Sequence record: NC_024142.2
From: Escherichia phage Bp4
Length of the DNA: 64,000 nt
Reading direction: 5' to 3' (one strand)
The notes beneath the pieces are model-generated. The model was not told where the DNA came from. It saw only the letters and a list, made by a program, of their open reading frames with translations, and ran no database searches. The number at the start of each line of letters is the position of its first letter. Within the stretch, counting starts at the first letter, position 1. Shown one piece after another: positions 30,463 through 40,169 of this stretch. The position numbers were made by a program, and so were the translations under genes.

Positions 30463-30903
30463 TTAACTACGTTTAAGGCCAGCGAACAGTGAAGGCTTAG
30501 TAGCAGGTTTCTCTGCTGGTTCTTCAGCCTTAGCCTCTTCCTGCACAACTTCTTCTTGTGCTTCTGGTTCAGATACTGCTTCTTCTTCAGGTTCCGGCGT
30601 AGAACTCTCGTTCTGACCACCAGTAGAGGTCTGGGTTTCTTCTACCTTTACCTCTTCAACTACTTCTTCCGGCTCTGGTTCTACCGGACGATGTTTAGCT
30701 TCCTGTGGGTTCTTACGAGAACGACGAGTTTTCTTCTCTACTCCCACGGGTGGAGTATCTTCATGAACCTCTTCGTTGATACCAACGGAAGCTGTACCGT
30801 CTGCATTGATGACAATATTGATGTCACCAGCAAGATTGATTTGATCATCGACATAAGCCTGTACAGCAGCTTCTACTTCGGACTGGTTCAAAATGATTTG
30901 CAT
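30463..30903 (-). CDS. hypothetical protein with acidic Pro/Glu-rich C-terminal half
   Basis: 146-aa ORF; structured N-terminus then PEPEEVVEEVKVEE-type low-complexity region. Confidence 0.45.
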   Translation of the reverse strand: MQIILNQSEVEAAVQAYVDDQINLAGDINIVINADGTASVGINEEVHEDTPPVGVEKKTRRSRKNPQEAKHRPVEPEPEEVVEEVKVEETQTSTGGQNESSTPEPEEEAVSEPEAQEEVVQEEAKAEEPAEKPATKPSLFAGLKRS

Positions 30904-30904
30904 G

Positions 30905-31459
30905 TTACGCCTTTATTAAATTAAGGAGGTTTTGGAAAGCTGGGAGATTTACACCAGCATGGATTGCACCGATTGCATCAGCTAAGTGCTCATTCTTATT
31001 CAGAAGTTTGCCCTTCTTATCTGTGAGCCAGTTGGCTTCAGGATAGATGGCATGAGCAGCACGAATCATCGTGTCCTTAGATGCAGTTTTATCACCGACC
31101 AGTGCAAGTTTGTTTTCAATTGGGGATACTTCAAAGATTGGACAACCCAATGCACGAAATGCACCTATTAATCCTACGCATACGCCATAGGATTTCATAC
31201 CGTTAGCAGACTGAGAGCCTACTGGTACTTCTACGAATACTGCTTTAGCAGACCGTAACCATTCCTCACAACCAAGAAACAAATCGTGAGCGGCTTGTAT
31301 ATCTTTGGAGTTGGTTCGAACTTGTTTGTTGTGGTCAACTTCAGTTTGAACCAGTTTAAGTTCGACCTGCTCGAAGACGCCGGACTCAATGTCCAGCATC
31401 CCACGAGCTAAACCCCAATTGCGGAGACTAATGTCTGCACCGACAATTGGGATTTTCAT
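30905..31459 (-). CDS. RuvC-like Holliday junction resolvase (putative)
   Basis: N-terminal IVGADISLRNWGLA and C-terminal HLADAIGAIHAG resemble the RuvC catalytic motifs (IDPG...G and DAADALAIA). Confidence 0.5.
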   Translation of the reverse strand: MKIPIVGADISLRNWGLARGMLDIESGVFEQVELKLVQTEVDHNKQVRTNSKDIQAAHDLFLGCEEWLRSAKAVFVEVPVGSQSANGMKSYGVCVGLIGAFRALGCPIFEVSPIENKLALVGDKTASKDTMIRAAHAIYPEANWLTDKKGKLLNKNEHLADAIGAIHAGVNLPAFQNLLNLIKA

Positions 31460-32262
31460 TAACGTTTACCGAACAGTGATTTACCACTAGCAGGAGTAGT
31501 ACCAGTGCCAGCACCTGCACCTGGTTTAGGAGGCAAGCCACCTTTACCATTACCACCAGCAGAACTCTTAGTCTTGTCACGAGTTTTGCCTTTGTTCTTT
31601 TCCAGCCATGCTGCATAGAATACAGCCAGTTCTGGGGTTAGTTCTTTTTCAGCCTTCTCTGCTTCCTGAGCCTCGACGACTGTGACCAGCAGTTCCGGGT
31701 GAAACACTTTCTGAATCTCGTTTACTTCACGAGTTTCGTCAGAGTCTACATAACCGTTGTCGCCTTTAACCTGCTTGTTTTCCAGAACTTTTTCCAGAGC
31801 GAAGGTAACAGTCTGGCCTACCAGGTCAACTGGAACCATGACAGATTTATTAACTTCTGCTTTAGCGTCGTAGTCGTAGACTTTAACAATCTTCTCTTCG
31901 AAGTCTGCTTCAGGCAGTTCAGTACCAGTAGCCATCAGCATCATGTCGTTAATGACAGTGTAGCCAGGCAGGAAGTACTCTTTACCATTTTTCTCGTAAG
32001 TCGGCTTGTTGCCTTTAGCATTACCAGAAGTGAAGTACACCTGAGCACGGAACTCGCCAGCAGGCACGCCATCAGAGTTTTTCAGGTCTTCAATAATTAA
32101 CTGCATCCAGTCTGCACCAGAATCAGCTTTGCCTACGTAAGCTACTTTTACAGTACCAGTGTAGATATCGGTTTCTTTTGCACCGAAGCCACCACCACCC
32201 AGAGAGTCTTTAGCAGCTTCAACGTTTTTGGTTTTTTCTTTCAGATTACTGAACAATGACAT
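31459..32262 (-). CDS. putative single-stranded DNA-binding protein (N4 gp45-like by size and position)
   Basis: 267 aa with Gly-rich tail; assigned by synteny only, no classic OB-fold motif recognised by eye. Confidence 0.35.
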   Translation of the reverse strand: MSLFSNLKEKTKNVEAAKDSLGGGGFGAKETDIYTGTVKVAYVGKADSGADWMQLIIEDLKNSDGVPAGEFRAQVYFTSGNAKGNKPTYEKNGKEYFLPGYTVINDMMLMATGTELPEADFEEKIVKVYDYDAKAEVNKSVMVPVDLVGQTVTFALEKVLENKQVKGDNGYVDSDETREVNEIQKVFHPELLVTVVEAQEAEKAEKELTPELAVFYAAWLEKNKGKTRDKTKSSAGGNGKGGLPPKPGAGAGTGTTPASGKSLFGKR

Positions 32263-32301
32263 ATGATTTTCCTAATAAGTGATTAACAACCAGACAAACG
32301 C

Positions 32302-33054
32302 TTAAGCGTAGTATTCAGCCAGGTGGTCTAAGAGTTTCTGGGCATCGTTATCAATGTAAGTCTCGGACTTATCGAACATACCCATAGGAGAACGAAGTCG
32401 TTTACCAACAGACTTCTTGGTTGGACGGGTCTGGAATACATGTTTATAGCCTAAATCACGTTCTTCCTCCGTAATTTCAAGCATCTTGTTTCCATACTTC
32501 TCCAGTTCTTTAATGTCTACACGTTCTGCGTAAACCACTGTAGAGAAGTAGGCTTCAAGCCCGTTATTCTTCAGAGAGCCTTTCACTGGGATGAACGTTT
32601 TCATCACACCAGCAGCTTCATCCAGTTCGTCTTTAGCATGAGCAGTAATGATTACTGGCTTACCAAACTTAACGACTTTTTGTTGCAGCAGTATCTTAAA
32701 GAACTGTGCAAAATCCCCCCATGCCTTTTGCGTGTTTGCAGAAGGCAGAACATACTGGGATTCCAGCATATCCATCATAAAAGTTGCTGAGTCAATGATG
32801 ATACCATCAACATCATCTGCCATTTCTCCACCAGGAGATGCAACATCAAATGCTTCCCAGATTTGGTATGGGTCTTCGATGTTGTAGGTATTGAACTTGT
32901 TACGGAAAGGTAGACGTTTACCTGCCTCAGTGTTCAGATAGAGCCAGCGTTCCTGGTTCCTGATGTTACGCAGTGATGCTGATTTACCACTCGCTGAGAA
33001 TCCTGCAATCAGGATTAGCTGAGTGTTCATATCATTGGGAATTACTTCGGACAT
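32302..33054 (-). CDS. P-loop NTPase
   Basis: Walker A motif GFSASGKSAS near N-terminus; 250 aa. Confidence 0.5.
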   Translation of the reverse strand: MSEVIPNDMNTQLILIAGFSASGKSASLRNIRNQERWLYLNTEAGKRLPFRNKFNTYNIEDPYQIWEAFDVASPGGEMADDVDGIIIDSATFMMDMLESQYVLPSANTQKAWGDFAQFFKILLQQKVVKFGKPVIITAHAKDELDEAAGVMKTFIPVKGSLKNNGLEAYFSTVVYAERVDIKELEKYGNKMLEITEEERDLGYKHVFQTRPTKKSVGKRLRSPMGMFDKSETYIDNDAQKLLDHLAEYYA

Positions 33055-33110
33055 TATTTTTCCTCATTTAATTTAGGAGTCCTTCAAACCAAAGAAAGAC
33101 TCCTGTTTGC

Positions 33111-35003
33111 TTATTTGCCAGCGAAGCGTTTAGCCACGGTGACCATTACGGTTGCATTCAATTCATCATCTGGTAATGGATTAGCCAGTTTCTTATTGAA
33201 TGAGTGGACGGCTTGCTGTACTTGGGCAAAATCCCAACCACTGTCAACCAATGCCAGTGCGTACTTAATCATTTGATTATTACGATTACCGGTAGCAATA
33301 CGACTAGCGAACCAACGCTCCAGATTATCCAACGACTGTACTTCCTTCATCTGGTTCTGGAACTGCTCGTTCTTACTAGTACGAGGAATAAAGTCACGCA
33401 CGTCCAACAGATTTGCTTCAAGATTGTAATGATAGGAACCAGTCTCACAGGACATCCATTTCTTGGCTCGCTGGTTAGCAGATTCATCCGTTTCGAACGG
33501 TAGCCAAGACATAACGTTATTCATAAACTCTTTGTATTCCTCAGTGTCGAGGTGTAACTCATAGTTCATTGGAATAATCAGTCGGAAGCGGTTCTCTTCA
33601 TCAGAATGACGTTTAGTGGTATAGGTCATGAACTTATATTCCTTCATCAGTTCATGGCACGTATGCAGTGGTACTCCACCATCACAGTCAATAACAATCA
33701 TGTTAAATCCTGGAATAACGTTCTCTTCAGAACGATGTCCATTCTTCATGTGATGGTTTACCCAGTGCATACCGGGAGCTTGGGTTAATACATGCAACTG
33801 GTCGAACGGTACACGTTCACCAATGTAGTCATAAGCAAAGCTATCACTATATGCCACTATCATCTCATTGATGTCAGTTTCTTTCAGAGTCTCACCACGG
33901 AAGAACTCAATACCTTCATTAAAAGTCTTCTTAATGATGATGTGCTGTTTGTAGCCCCATGCTGTAGCAAGAGTCATCATCTCATTACGAGCTGCATTGC
34001 CACTCTTATAGAATGGCAATGACTCCACCAAGTCAGCATGAGTTACTTCTTTACCTACAGAAGCAATGTATTTAGCCAGCTTCACATAAGCCTTCTCACG
34101 ATTGAGGATTGTCTGGAATGCTGCTCCAGATTCTTCTACAAGCAGAATTGCTTGTTTAAGGTGAGTCATCTCAATGAATGAACTCTGGTCAACAAACGCC
34201 AGTGCTCCTGCCAGTTTAAGTGCTTTGAAATAACGGTGGGAAATTTCAGCTTTACGAATTTCTTCGTGGTCAGCCATAGCTTCTGCTTGTTTCTCACAAT
34301 CAATTTTGTAAGCAATCAGAGCAATACCCACTGCATCTTCCACAACCATCTTAAAACCAAACAGGTTTGGATCAGCCAGACTATGGAAATGGTTAGCCCA
34401 CTTACCAAGAGTCTGTACGTTATCTTGTTTAATCAAGTTACGGTAGATTTCTTCCGGGGTTAGTGTTGCATGTGCTCTTTTGTCTAAGTGACCAGTGGCA
34501 AACAGACAGCGACGTGCATACCCTATATCAAGAAAGCCATAGAACTGGTCTTCAGTCTGACCACCATCCAGTAGCTTACTTGGTGTACCAAACAGCAGCA
34601 GGTTAGTTGGAGTTTTGCCATCCAATTCTTCACCACGAACGCTTTCAGCAGTATTCTTGGTTAGCTTCTGTTTTACTTTTCCCTGGTCATATAACTCCAG
34701 GAACAGGGTTAGTACATCCATGTTAGCCAACAGGTTCGAACCAATTTCATCAATCTGAAGATTGATTGAACCACATCCAGCCATTAATAGTTTATGGCGT
34801 AGTTGTTTAACTGCTGGTGGAGTACCTGAGTCAAACGTAAACGGATATGCCCCTGCACGTTTATACTCTGCCTCAACTTTATCAAACTCTTCCTGCTGGT
34901 CAGTACCCTGCCGTGCAGAGCGTTCGTTAGCAATCTTCCATAGACGATCATTTGCAATGACGGGCATGGTGTCTTCCATAAAGCGTTTACGGAAGCCAGT
35001 CAT
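33111..35003 (-). CDS. putative DNA primase / primase-polymerase-like protein
   Basis: 630 aa; acidic motif VIDCDGG; position between ATPase and nuclease genes resembles the N4 primase locus. Confidence 0.4.
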   Translation of the reverse strand: MTGFRKRFMEDTMPVIANDRLWKIANERSARQGTDQQEEFDKVEAEYKRAGAYPFTFDSGTPPAVKQLRHKLLMAGCGSINLQIDEIGSNLLANMDVLTLFLELYDQGKVKQKLTKNTAESVRGEELDGKTPTNLLLFGTPSKLLDGGQTEDQFYGFLDIGYARRCLFATGHLDKRAHATLTPEEIYRNLIKQDNVQTLGKWANHFHSLADPNLFGFKMVVEDAVGIALIAYKIDCEKQAEAMADHEEIRKAEISHRYFKALKLAGALAFVDQSSFIEMTHLKQAILLVEESGAAFQTILNREKAYVKLAKYIASVGKEVTHADLVESLPFYKSGNAARNEMMTLATAWGYKQHIIIKKTFNEGIEFFRGETLKETDINEMIVAYSDSFAYDYIGERVPFDQLHVLTQAPGMHWVNHHMKNGHRSEENVIPGFNMIVIDCDGGVPLHTCHELMKEYKFMTYTTKRHSDEENRFRLIIPMNYELHLDTEEYKEFMNNVMSWLPFETDESANQRAKKWMSCETGSYHYNLEANLLDVRDFIPRTSKNEQFQNQMKEVQSLDNLERWFASRIATGNRNNQMIKYALALVDSGWDFAQVQQAVHSFNKKLANPLPDDELNATVMVTVAKRFAGK

Positions 35004-35320
35004 GAACCCGTCTTCAATGATATTACTGAGTGACCTTTACCGAAACCAGATGTAGCCAACGCTATAGCGTAGATGTTTACCGGCAGGTCACCACGATCTT
35101 TAGTTACGATGGTTGCACCCATGCAGGATGCCATTTTAGCCAAGAAGTAGGCTACTTCGACACGGAAAAATCCCCGGTCATTATTCTGGGTTTTATTGCA
35201 GAGCACATCTACGATTTCTTCAATCGCCGGATGATGCACTACTCCGGTAAGGTCAATACTCATGATGGAAAATATCTCTCTCTTTGTTTGCAAATGGACG
35301 CGACAGGGCAGTATAGACAA
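35000..35320 (-). CDS. hypothetical protein
   Basis: 106-aa ORF; stop overlaps downstream start (ATGA). Confidence 0.4.
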   Translation of the reverse strand: MSILPCRVHLQTKREIFSIMSIDLTGVVHHPAIEEIVDVLCNKTQNNDRGFFRVEVAYFLAKMASCMGATIVTKDRGDLPVNIYAIALATSGFGKGHSVISLKTGS

Positions 35321-36240
35321 CGCTTAACCTGCCCCTCCACGACCTTGATAGCACCCTTGCCACCTTTTTCAGCCATGAAGATACGAGCAGATGCCATATC
35401 GTCAAATTTTTTGGTACTTCTGGCTCCAGGTACATCTACCTTAGAAGCATCAGAGAAGTATTTGAACTGTGGCTCTGTTCGCCACAACTCCTCATCAGTA
35501 CATTCAGGAATTTCCTCTTCTGGTGCATTCCAGTACTTCTCAATGAGGTGAATCTTCTCTTCTACCCAACGTTCAGTCTTCTCAACAGATAGCAACGGAA
35601 TATCCTTATGCATAATACGATTAGCAGGATAGTTTGGATTGCTATTAGCCATATGCTTCATGAAGTCAGTGAAGATGTAGTTAATACGGATTACATCCTC
35701 GGTAATGATGTCGTTGTGAATCCAACGGTACAAGCTGCCTTGCATCTTGTGTTCATCATCACGGGAACCAGCAACCCAGGAATAGGTTGAGGTAGACTTA
35801 AAGTCCTGCAACAGACCTTCTGTTACGATGTCGAACTTACCACCGATAGTCCAACCCTTAACTACCCTGGTTCCACGCTGTTCAATGTAGATTGGGATAA
35901 GGTCAGGGTTAGCATCAAAGTCTGCTTTGGTTGGGTTAATAACTACTGCATCAATTACTCGTTGAGGATAACCCAACTTCTTCAATGCAGTCTTATGACC
36001 CAGCTTCCAGGCTTTCTCGATAGAATCATGTAAACCAGTACCCATTGATGTGGAGACGAAATCCATAACATCAATTGACTGATCACTTAAATCTACACGA
36101 TGCTTCATGACGATTTGCTTAATGGGCTTAAGCAATGTGGTAACAGACAGATACTTAGGGTTATCTACATAGTCATAATCATCCGTTACAAGCCATACAG
36201 CTAGTGCAAGACTAACGTCGTGTTTGTTGGTAAGTTTCAT
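35260..36240 (-). CDS. PD-(D/E)xK-type nuclease with C-terminal Cys cluster (Cas4/RecB-like exonuclease, putative)
   Basis: Motif GGKFDIVTEGLLQDFKSTS (D...D/E-x-K) and C-terminal RCLYCPVASICKQ. Confidence 0.45.
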   Translation of the reverse strand: MKLTNKHDVSLALAVWLVTDDYDYVDNPKYLSVTTLLKPIKQIVMKHRVDLSDQSIDVMDFVSTSMGTGLHDSIEKAWKLGHKTALKKLGYPQRVIDAVVINPTKADFDANPDLIPIYIEQRGTRVVKGWTIGGKFDIVTEGLLQDFKSTSTYSWVAGSRDDEHKMQGSLYRWIHNDIITEDVIRINYIFTDFMKHMANSNPNYPANRIMHKDIPLLSVEKTERWVEEKIHLIEKYWNAPEEEIPECTDEELWRTEPQFKYFSDASKVDVPGARSTKKFDDMASARIFMAEKGGKGAIKVVEGQVKRCLYCPVASICKQRERYFPS

Positions 36241-36734
36241 AACAGTCCCAATTGCTTATTAGTTTTAGCAAACTCACCATAATGAGTTATAGCAGCTTCA
36301 TCATAGAGAACAGCAGCTTCTCTTGGGTCATCTGTAAAACCTAATGTAATTGGTTTACTGTTAACCCAAATAGTTGCTCTGTATTTACCTAAATTCTTTG
36401 AAAAGGATACCCCCTTAAATCCAGATGTGTTTGTTTTAGATAAAACAGCACTCTGGTTATTCTGCTTGTGGGTCGCTTCTCTGAGGTTATCTATCCAGTT
36501 GTGATGGCGAATATTGTCCTTATGGTCAATCCTATCCGTAGGCCATACACCGTGCACATAGAACCATGCAAGGATATGCCCATAGTACAACACACTATCT
36601 ACACGGAGTTGAACGTAACCACTCTTCATTAGGTAACCAGATACCTTTCCGGTATTCCTACGAGTAAAAATCCCGGAAATAGGGTCATAACTAACAAGCT
36701 GTAAAAGCCTGTCATGGGCAATCCTCTGTTTCAT
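36237..36734 (-). CDS. HNH homing endonuclease with AP2 DNA-binding domain
   Basis: HNH motif DHKDNIRHHNWIDNLREATHKQN plus AP2-like GVSFSKNLGKYRATIWVNSKPITLGFTDDPREAAVLYDEAA. Confidence 0.8.
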   Translation of the reverse strand: MKQRIAHDRLLQLVSYDPISGIFTRRNTGKVSGYLMKSGYVQLRVDSVLYYGHILAWFYVHGVWPTDRIDHKDNIRHHNWIDNLREATHKQNNQSAVLSKTNTSGFKGVSFSKNLGKYRATIWVNSKPITLGFTDDPREAAVLYDEAAITHYGEFAKTNKQLGLL

Positions 36735-36805
36735 AATTAGTTACTCGTCATGCAATAGCCATACAGCCAGGGCCAGTGATACATCATGGTTGTTGGTTAT
36801 CTTCA

Positions 36806-37282
36806 TTAGTAAGTAATCCTGTATCTGTGAACCCAGTTCCACTTAATTTCACTTAGCTGATTGAAGTTATACGAGTAAATTTCATCTCGTTCATCTTTAT
36901 AAACAATCTCAATGAATGAAAATTCTTTAGTGAAGTGAGGTTTACCATTGTTTGTATGGTGCCAATAACTACCAACGGTATTTACATTCGTAGCAGGATC
37001 CGGAAATAACTCACTAGCTAACTTCTCCTTAGCAAGAATACGATTAGCATAATGAACCAGCTTCTCTGCATCGTAAACAGCAGTGTTTCCAGGTTTACCA
37101 TTACCCATACGGGCAGCAGCATTTCGCCATAGAGCTTTAAAGGCACAACCTTCATCGAAGGTCATGCCCAGTGCTTGGATAATATCCTCACACTCTGCTT
37201 GGTATGGCTCTTGCTCTTTCCGTTGAGGGTGCTTAACTGGTACTACATACCAGTTATTCAATCCACCGGAGAGCTTAGCCAT
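36806..37282 (-). CDS. hypothetical protein
   Basis: 158-aa ORF. Confidence 0.4.
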   Translation of the reverse strand: MAKLSGGLNNWYVVPVKHPQRKEQEPYQAECEDIIQALGMTFDEGCAFKALWRNAAARMGNGKPGNTAVYDAEKLVHYANRILAKEKLASELFPDPATNVNTVGSYWHHTNNGKPHFTKEFSFIEIVYKDERDEIYSYNFNQLSEIKWNWVHRYRITY

Positions 37283-37587
37283 TATTTCTCCTTGGGAATC
37301 ATGTTTGCCTGGAACTCTGGTTCAGACATCAGACCCAGGTTGCTAAGAGACAGATAAACGATGTCTTTCAAGTCAACTGAAGTGTCGAAACGCTGGTCCA
37401 GACTGATTTTCAGAGAGTGATTGGCACGAGCCAAATCTTTATAGGTCACGTAAGGTTCATCTGTGAGCAACATTGTGTTCATGGTAAGCAGGGAACCATC
37501 ATCCACTTTAGGGAGTTGGAAGACTACCTGTGCTGCTACCATCCAATGATATTTTCTGACTACAGTTTCTTTAGTACTTTTGGTCAT
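37282..37587 (-). CDS. hypothetical protein
   Basis: 101-aa ORF. Confidence 0.4.
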   Translation of the reverse strand: MTKSTKETVVRKYHWMVAAQVVFQLPKVDDGSLLTMNTMLLTDEPYVTYKDLARANHSLKISLDQRFDTSVDLKDIVYLSLSNLGLMSEPEFQANMIPKEK

Positions 37588-38078
37588 GCGAATGCCTTTT
37601 GAATTATTTGATGAACTTCTTCTGGGGTAGCGTGATTTGGAATTTCAATCTCGTTAGCCCACGTTGGGTAAAACAAGGATAGTTCCCCACCCAAACCAAC
37701 TTCTGGGTGAGCAATATCAGGATGGTCTTGCCAGTTAACGGCTTCAACCAAGTGCTTGTTCGTGAATTGCAAAGTATCCATGTTGTCACGAATCATGAAG
37801 TACTGAGCATCATGAATATGAATACTAGGACGAATATCTAACCTGAACTCACTGGCTCTGACTTTACGCATAAACTCTGAACCAGCACGGTTATTTAGTA
37901 GACACCAGCTTTGCCCTAAAGCATTACCAGCAGTTCTGCCTTCTGCTTCTGCTTCATACGGAGTCTTACATGTCCCACGTAATACTTGAGCCAGTAAAGG
38001 AGTACGCACTCTCAAACCGAATGCGGCAGTAACATAACCAGTTTTGGCAGCTTCGTCTAGCTTAGCCTGAACCCACAT
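37584..38078 (-). CDS. family A DNA polymerase, C-terminal fragment (palm, motif C region)
   Basis: Contains GYVTAAFGLR and IHIHDAQYF (motif C-like HD). Frame is protein-like upstream to about 38150, where it meets the middle fragment. Confidence 0.75.
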   Translation of the reverse strand: MWVQAKLDEAAKTGYVTAAFGLRVRTPLLAQVLRGTCKTPYEAEAEGRTAGNALGQSWCLLNNRAGSEFMRKVRASEFRLDIRPSIHIHDAQYFMIRDNMDTLQFTNKHLVEAVNWQDHPDIAHPEVGLGGELSLFYPTWANEIEIPNHATPEEVHQIIQKAFA

Positions 38079-38086
38079 GTCGCTAA

Positions 38087-38560
38087 CTACATAGAGGTCG
38101 TGATAACGTTTCTCTGTAGTCTTAGCCTTCTCTTCTGAGAAGCCACAGTTTTCATTAAGCCCATATATGTACCACCATAGGTAAGCAGGAAGGTTGGAGC
38201 CTTCGAGTCACTACGCAATGATTTGTACTTATGCTGAATGGAGTTAATGGATTCTACCGTGTCTTCTATGTCCGGCATCTGCTCACCAAAGTAAGCATAT
38301 GCACGAAGACTGTGACCATCATAACCATCGGTATATACCTTGAGCTTCTGCGGATCTTTAGTAGTTAAAGCTGAGATACGGTCTTCAAGGCTTGCAAAGT
38401 CCAGTCCACAAAAGATCCAACCCGGTGGTGCTTCGAAGCATTTCTTAATCTTCTTGGCGTATTTGGAACCAGATGGAATGGTTTGCAGGTTTGGCTCAGA
38501 GGCAGATAATCTACCAGAAACCGTTCCCCCAAATTGAGGTTGCCGAATAGGTAGTGCCAT
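38087..38560 (-). CDS. family A DNA polymerase, middle fragment (motifs A and B)
   Basis: TVSGRLSASEPNLQTIP and GLDFASLEDR (motif A), KAPTFLLTYGGTYMGL (motif B-like); separated from flanking fragments by -1 frame changes. Confidence 0.8.
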   Translation of the reverse strand: MALPIRQPQFGGTVSGRLSASEPNLQTIPSGSKYAKKIKKCFEAPPGWIFCGLDFASLEDRISALTTKDPQKLKVYTDGYDGHSLRAYAYFGEQMPDIEDTVESINSIQHKYKSLRSDSKAPTFLLTYGGTYMGLMKTVASQKRRLRLQRNVITTSM

Positions 38561-40050
38561 CCATCCGGACCAGGTTGGGCATTTCTAAAGGCCGGGATGA
38601 AGCTAGTGATAATCTTATCCACAAGCTTATAGTCGATAAGCGCATTGAGCAGTTCCTTAACATCTTCGCTCTGCGTATGTGTACGCAGTGCTTTAATGGT
38701 GTCACCATCAGTAGCAGGTTGCTTACTCTTAGTAAGACCAAGAACCGGTAAGCCAATATAGTCAAATAACAGCTTCTGTAATTGTGGACCGGAGTTAGGA
38801 TTAAACTCGATGTCACAATCAGCAAGCGTTACCTGTTTCTTCTTGAGCTTAGCATTCTTATCATCTACCCATTCCTGACGAAGCATCAGGGTGAAGTTCT
38901 TCATGAGCTTAGACTCACGAATAGTTTTCAGAGCCTGGTTCCTGTCAGTTTCCATCTCCTTAGCTACTTGGTTAACGGTATCCATATTCATGGGCATACC
39001 GGTTAACTGCATCTGGATTATGTCTTCACATGCTGGTTTAAAGATGTTGTTGTAAACATCTAATTGGTCATCAGCAATGAGAGTATCCCAGTGCTTCTCA
39101 TAGGTGTACCAGGTACACAAACCGTCAATGAGGTTGTAGCGTAACAGTTGCTCATTAGGAATAAGACGAATGTCTTTAATGTCATCCTGAGCATAGTTAC
39201 CAGCATACTCCTGAGCCTGGTCTTTTAGACTAAGGTGATTACCAGCACAACTGTTAGTAGCCAGGTAGGTGATTAACTTAGTACAGTCCCAGTTGCGTAG
39301 CATGATTTCCATACCATGCAGTAAGCCTTCTGTATCAATCAGGTTATCCATGAATAACTGATAGATAAGCACATACACGTCGTAGCTAATGTTGTGATAC
39401 ATCTGCCGTTGAGTGTACTTAATGAAGAACTCACGAAGAAGATTTCGAACAACATCATTTCTGTTGATACGCCCGTATGGTGCTTCAGTAGCTCCAGGAA
39501 TCGGCTCGTAGTCCACATTAAAGGCTATGCCTTGTGTCTTACTCCAACAGAACGTAATTGTTCCTATACCTGCGTTATAGTGCTTTAAACCGAATGCCTC
39601 GATGTCTATAGCCAGTGGCTTATTCATCTCAAGCAGTTGGTCTAGCCAGGCTTTAATCTTCTCTGGGGTATCTGGATAAGCCTCAAACTCAATGATTCCC
39701 TGACCTGGTTCTGCATACTGCCCACGTATGTGGTTAAGTAATGCATCCATACCCTGAGCAATCTTAGATTTCACTACAGGAGGGTCATAAAAGACCTGTC
39801 TGTAGCTAGGTGCATAGATAACCTTCTGCTTACCCCATACTGAATCACAAACGTAGCCGAGGTTAGCCTCTGCTTTTGCTTCTTTAGTCAGTATTTTGAA
39901 GTAGTCAGAATCGGTACAGATAATGTATTGAGTCTCTGCATCGTCCAGTACTTGTTGCAACTCCTGCTGTATGAACTCCTTAATCTCCCTTGCAGGAGTC
40001 TTCTTCTTGCCGGGGGCAGAATGAAGTTCGATGAAGATGAAATCTTCCAT
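38365..40050 (-). CDS. family A DNA polymerase, N-terminal fragment (3'-5' exonuclease domain and fingers)
   Basis: Exo I motif LAIDIEAFGL; sequence PDGWHYLFGNLNLG just before the frame break resembles the conserved region preceding TGRLSS in Pol A enzymes. Confidence 0.8.
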   Translation of the reverse strand: MEDFIFIELHSAPGKKKTPAREIKEFIQQELQQVLDDAETQYIICTDSDYFKILTKEAKAEANLGYVCDSVWGKQKVIYAPSYRQVFYDPPVVKSKIAQGMDALLNHIRGQYAEPGQGIIEFEAYPDTPEKIKAWLDQLLEMNKPLAIDIEAFGLKHYNAGIGTITFCWSKTQGIAFNVDYEPIPGATEAPYGRINRNDVVRNLLREFFIKYTQRQMYHNISYDVYVLIYQLFMDNLIDTEGLLHGMEIMLRNWDCTKLITYLATNSCAGNHLSLKDQAQEYAGNYAQDDIKDIRLIPNEQLLRYNLIDGLCTWYTYEKHWDTLIADDQLDVYNNIFKPACEDIIQMQLTGMPMNMDTVNQVAKEMETDRNQALKTIRESKLMKNFTLMLRQEWVDDKNAKLKKKQVTLADCDIEFNPNSGPQLQKLLFDYIGLPVLGLTKSKQPATDGDTIKALRTHTQSEDVKELLNALIDYKLVDKIITSFIPAFRNAQPGPDGWHYLFGNLNLGERFLVDYLPLSQTCKPFHLVPNTPRRLRNASKHHRVGSFVDWTLQALKTVSQL

Positions 40051-40169
40051 GCTTAGGTCATTAGGCAGCAGGTAGGTTTAATCATCTCCTCCCTTCGGAT
40101 TTGATGACCGAGGATAGCAATAGGATACTTACCCGTATCCTGAGAGGTGATGTAACGCATAGCCTTACC

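Noticed and set aside
35000-35320. 106-aa ORF as a frameshifted N-terminus of the primase-like gene
   Set aside because: The junction is a clean ATGA stop/start overlap and the downstream frame opens only about 10 codons upstream, which fits two translationally coupled genes.
38520-38535. Programmed -1 ribosomal frameshift as the explanation for the DNA polymerase break
   Set aside because: No classic slippery heptamer or downstream pseudoknot is evident, the break is at a plain homopolymer, and a second break occurs in the same gene; indel error is more parsimonious.
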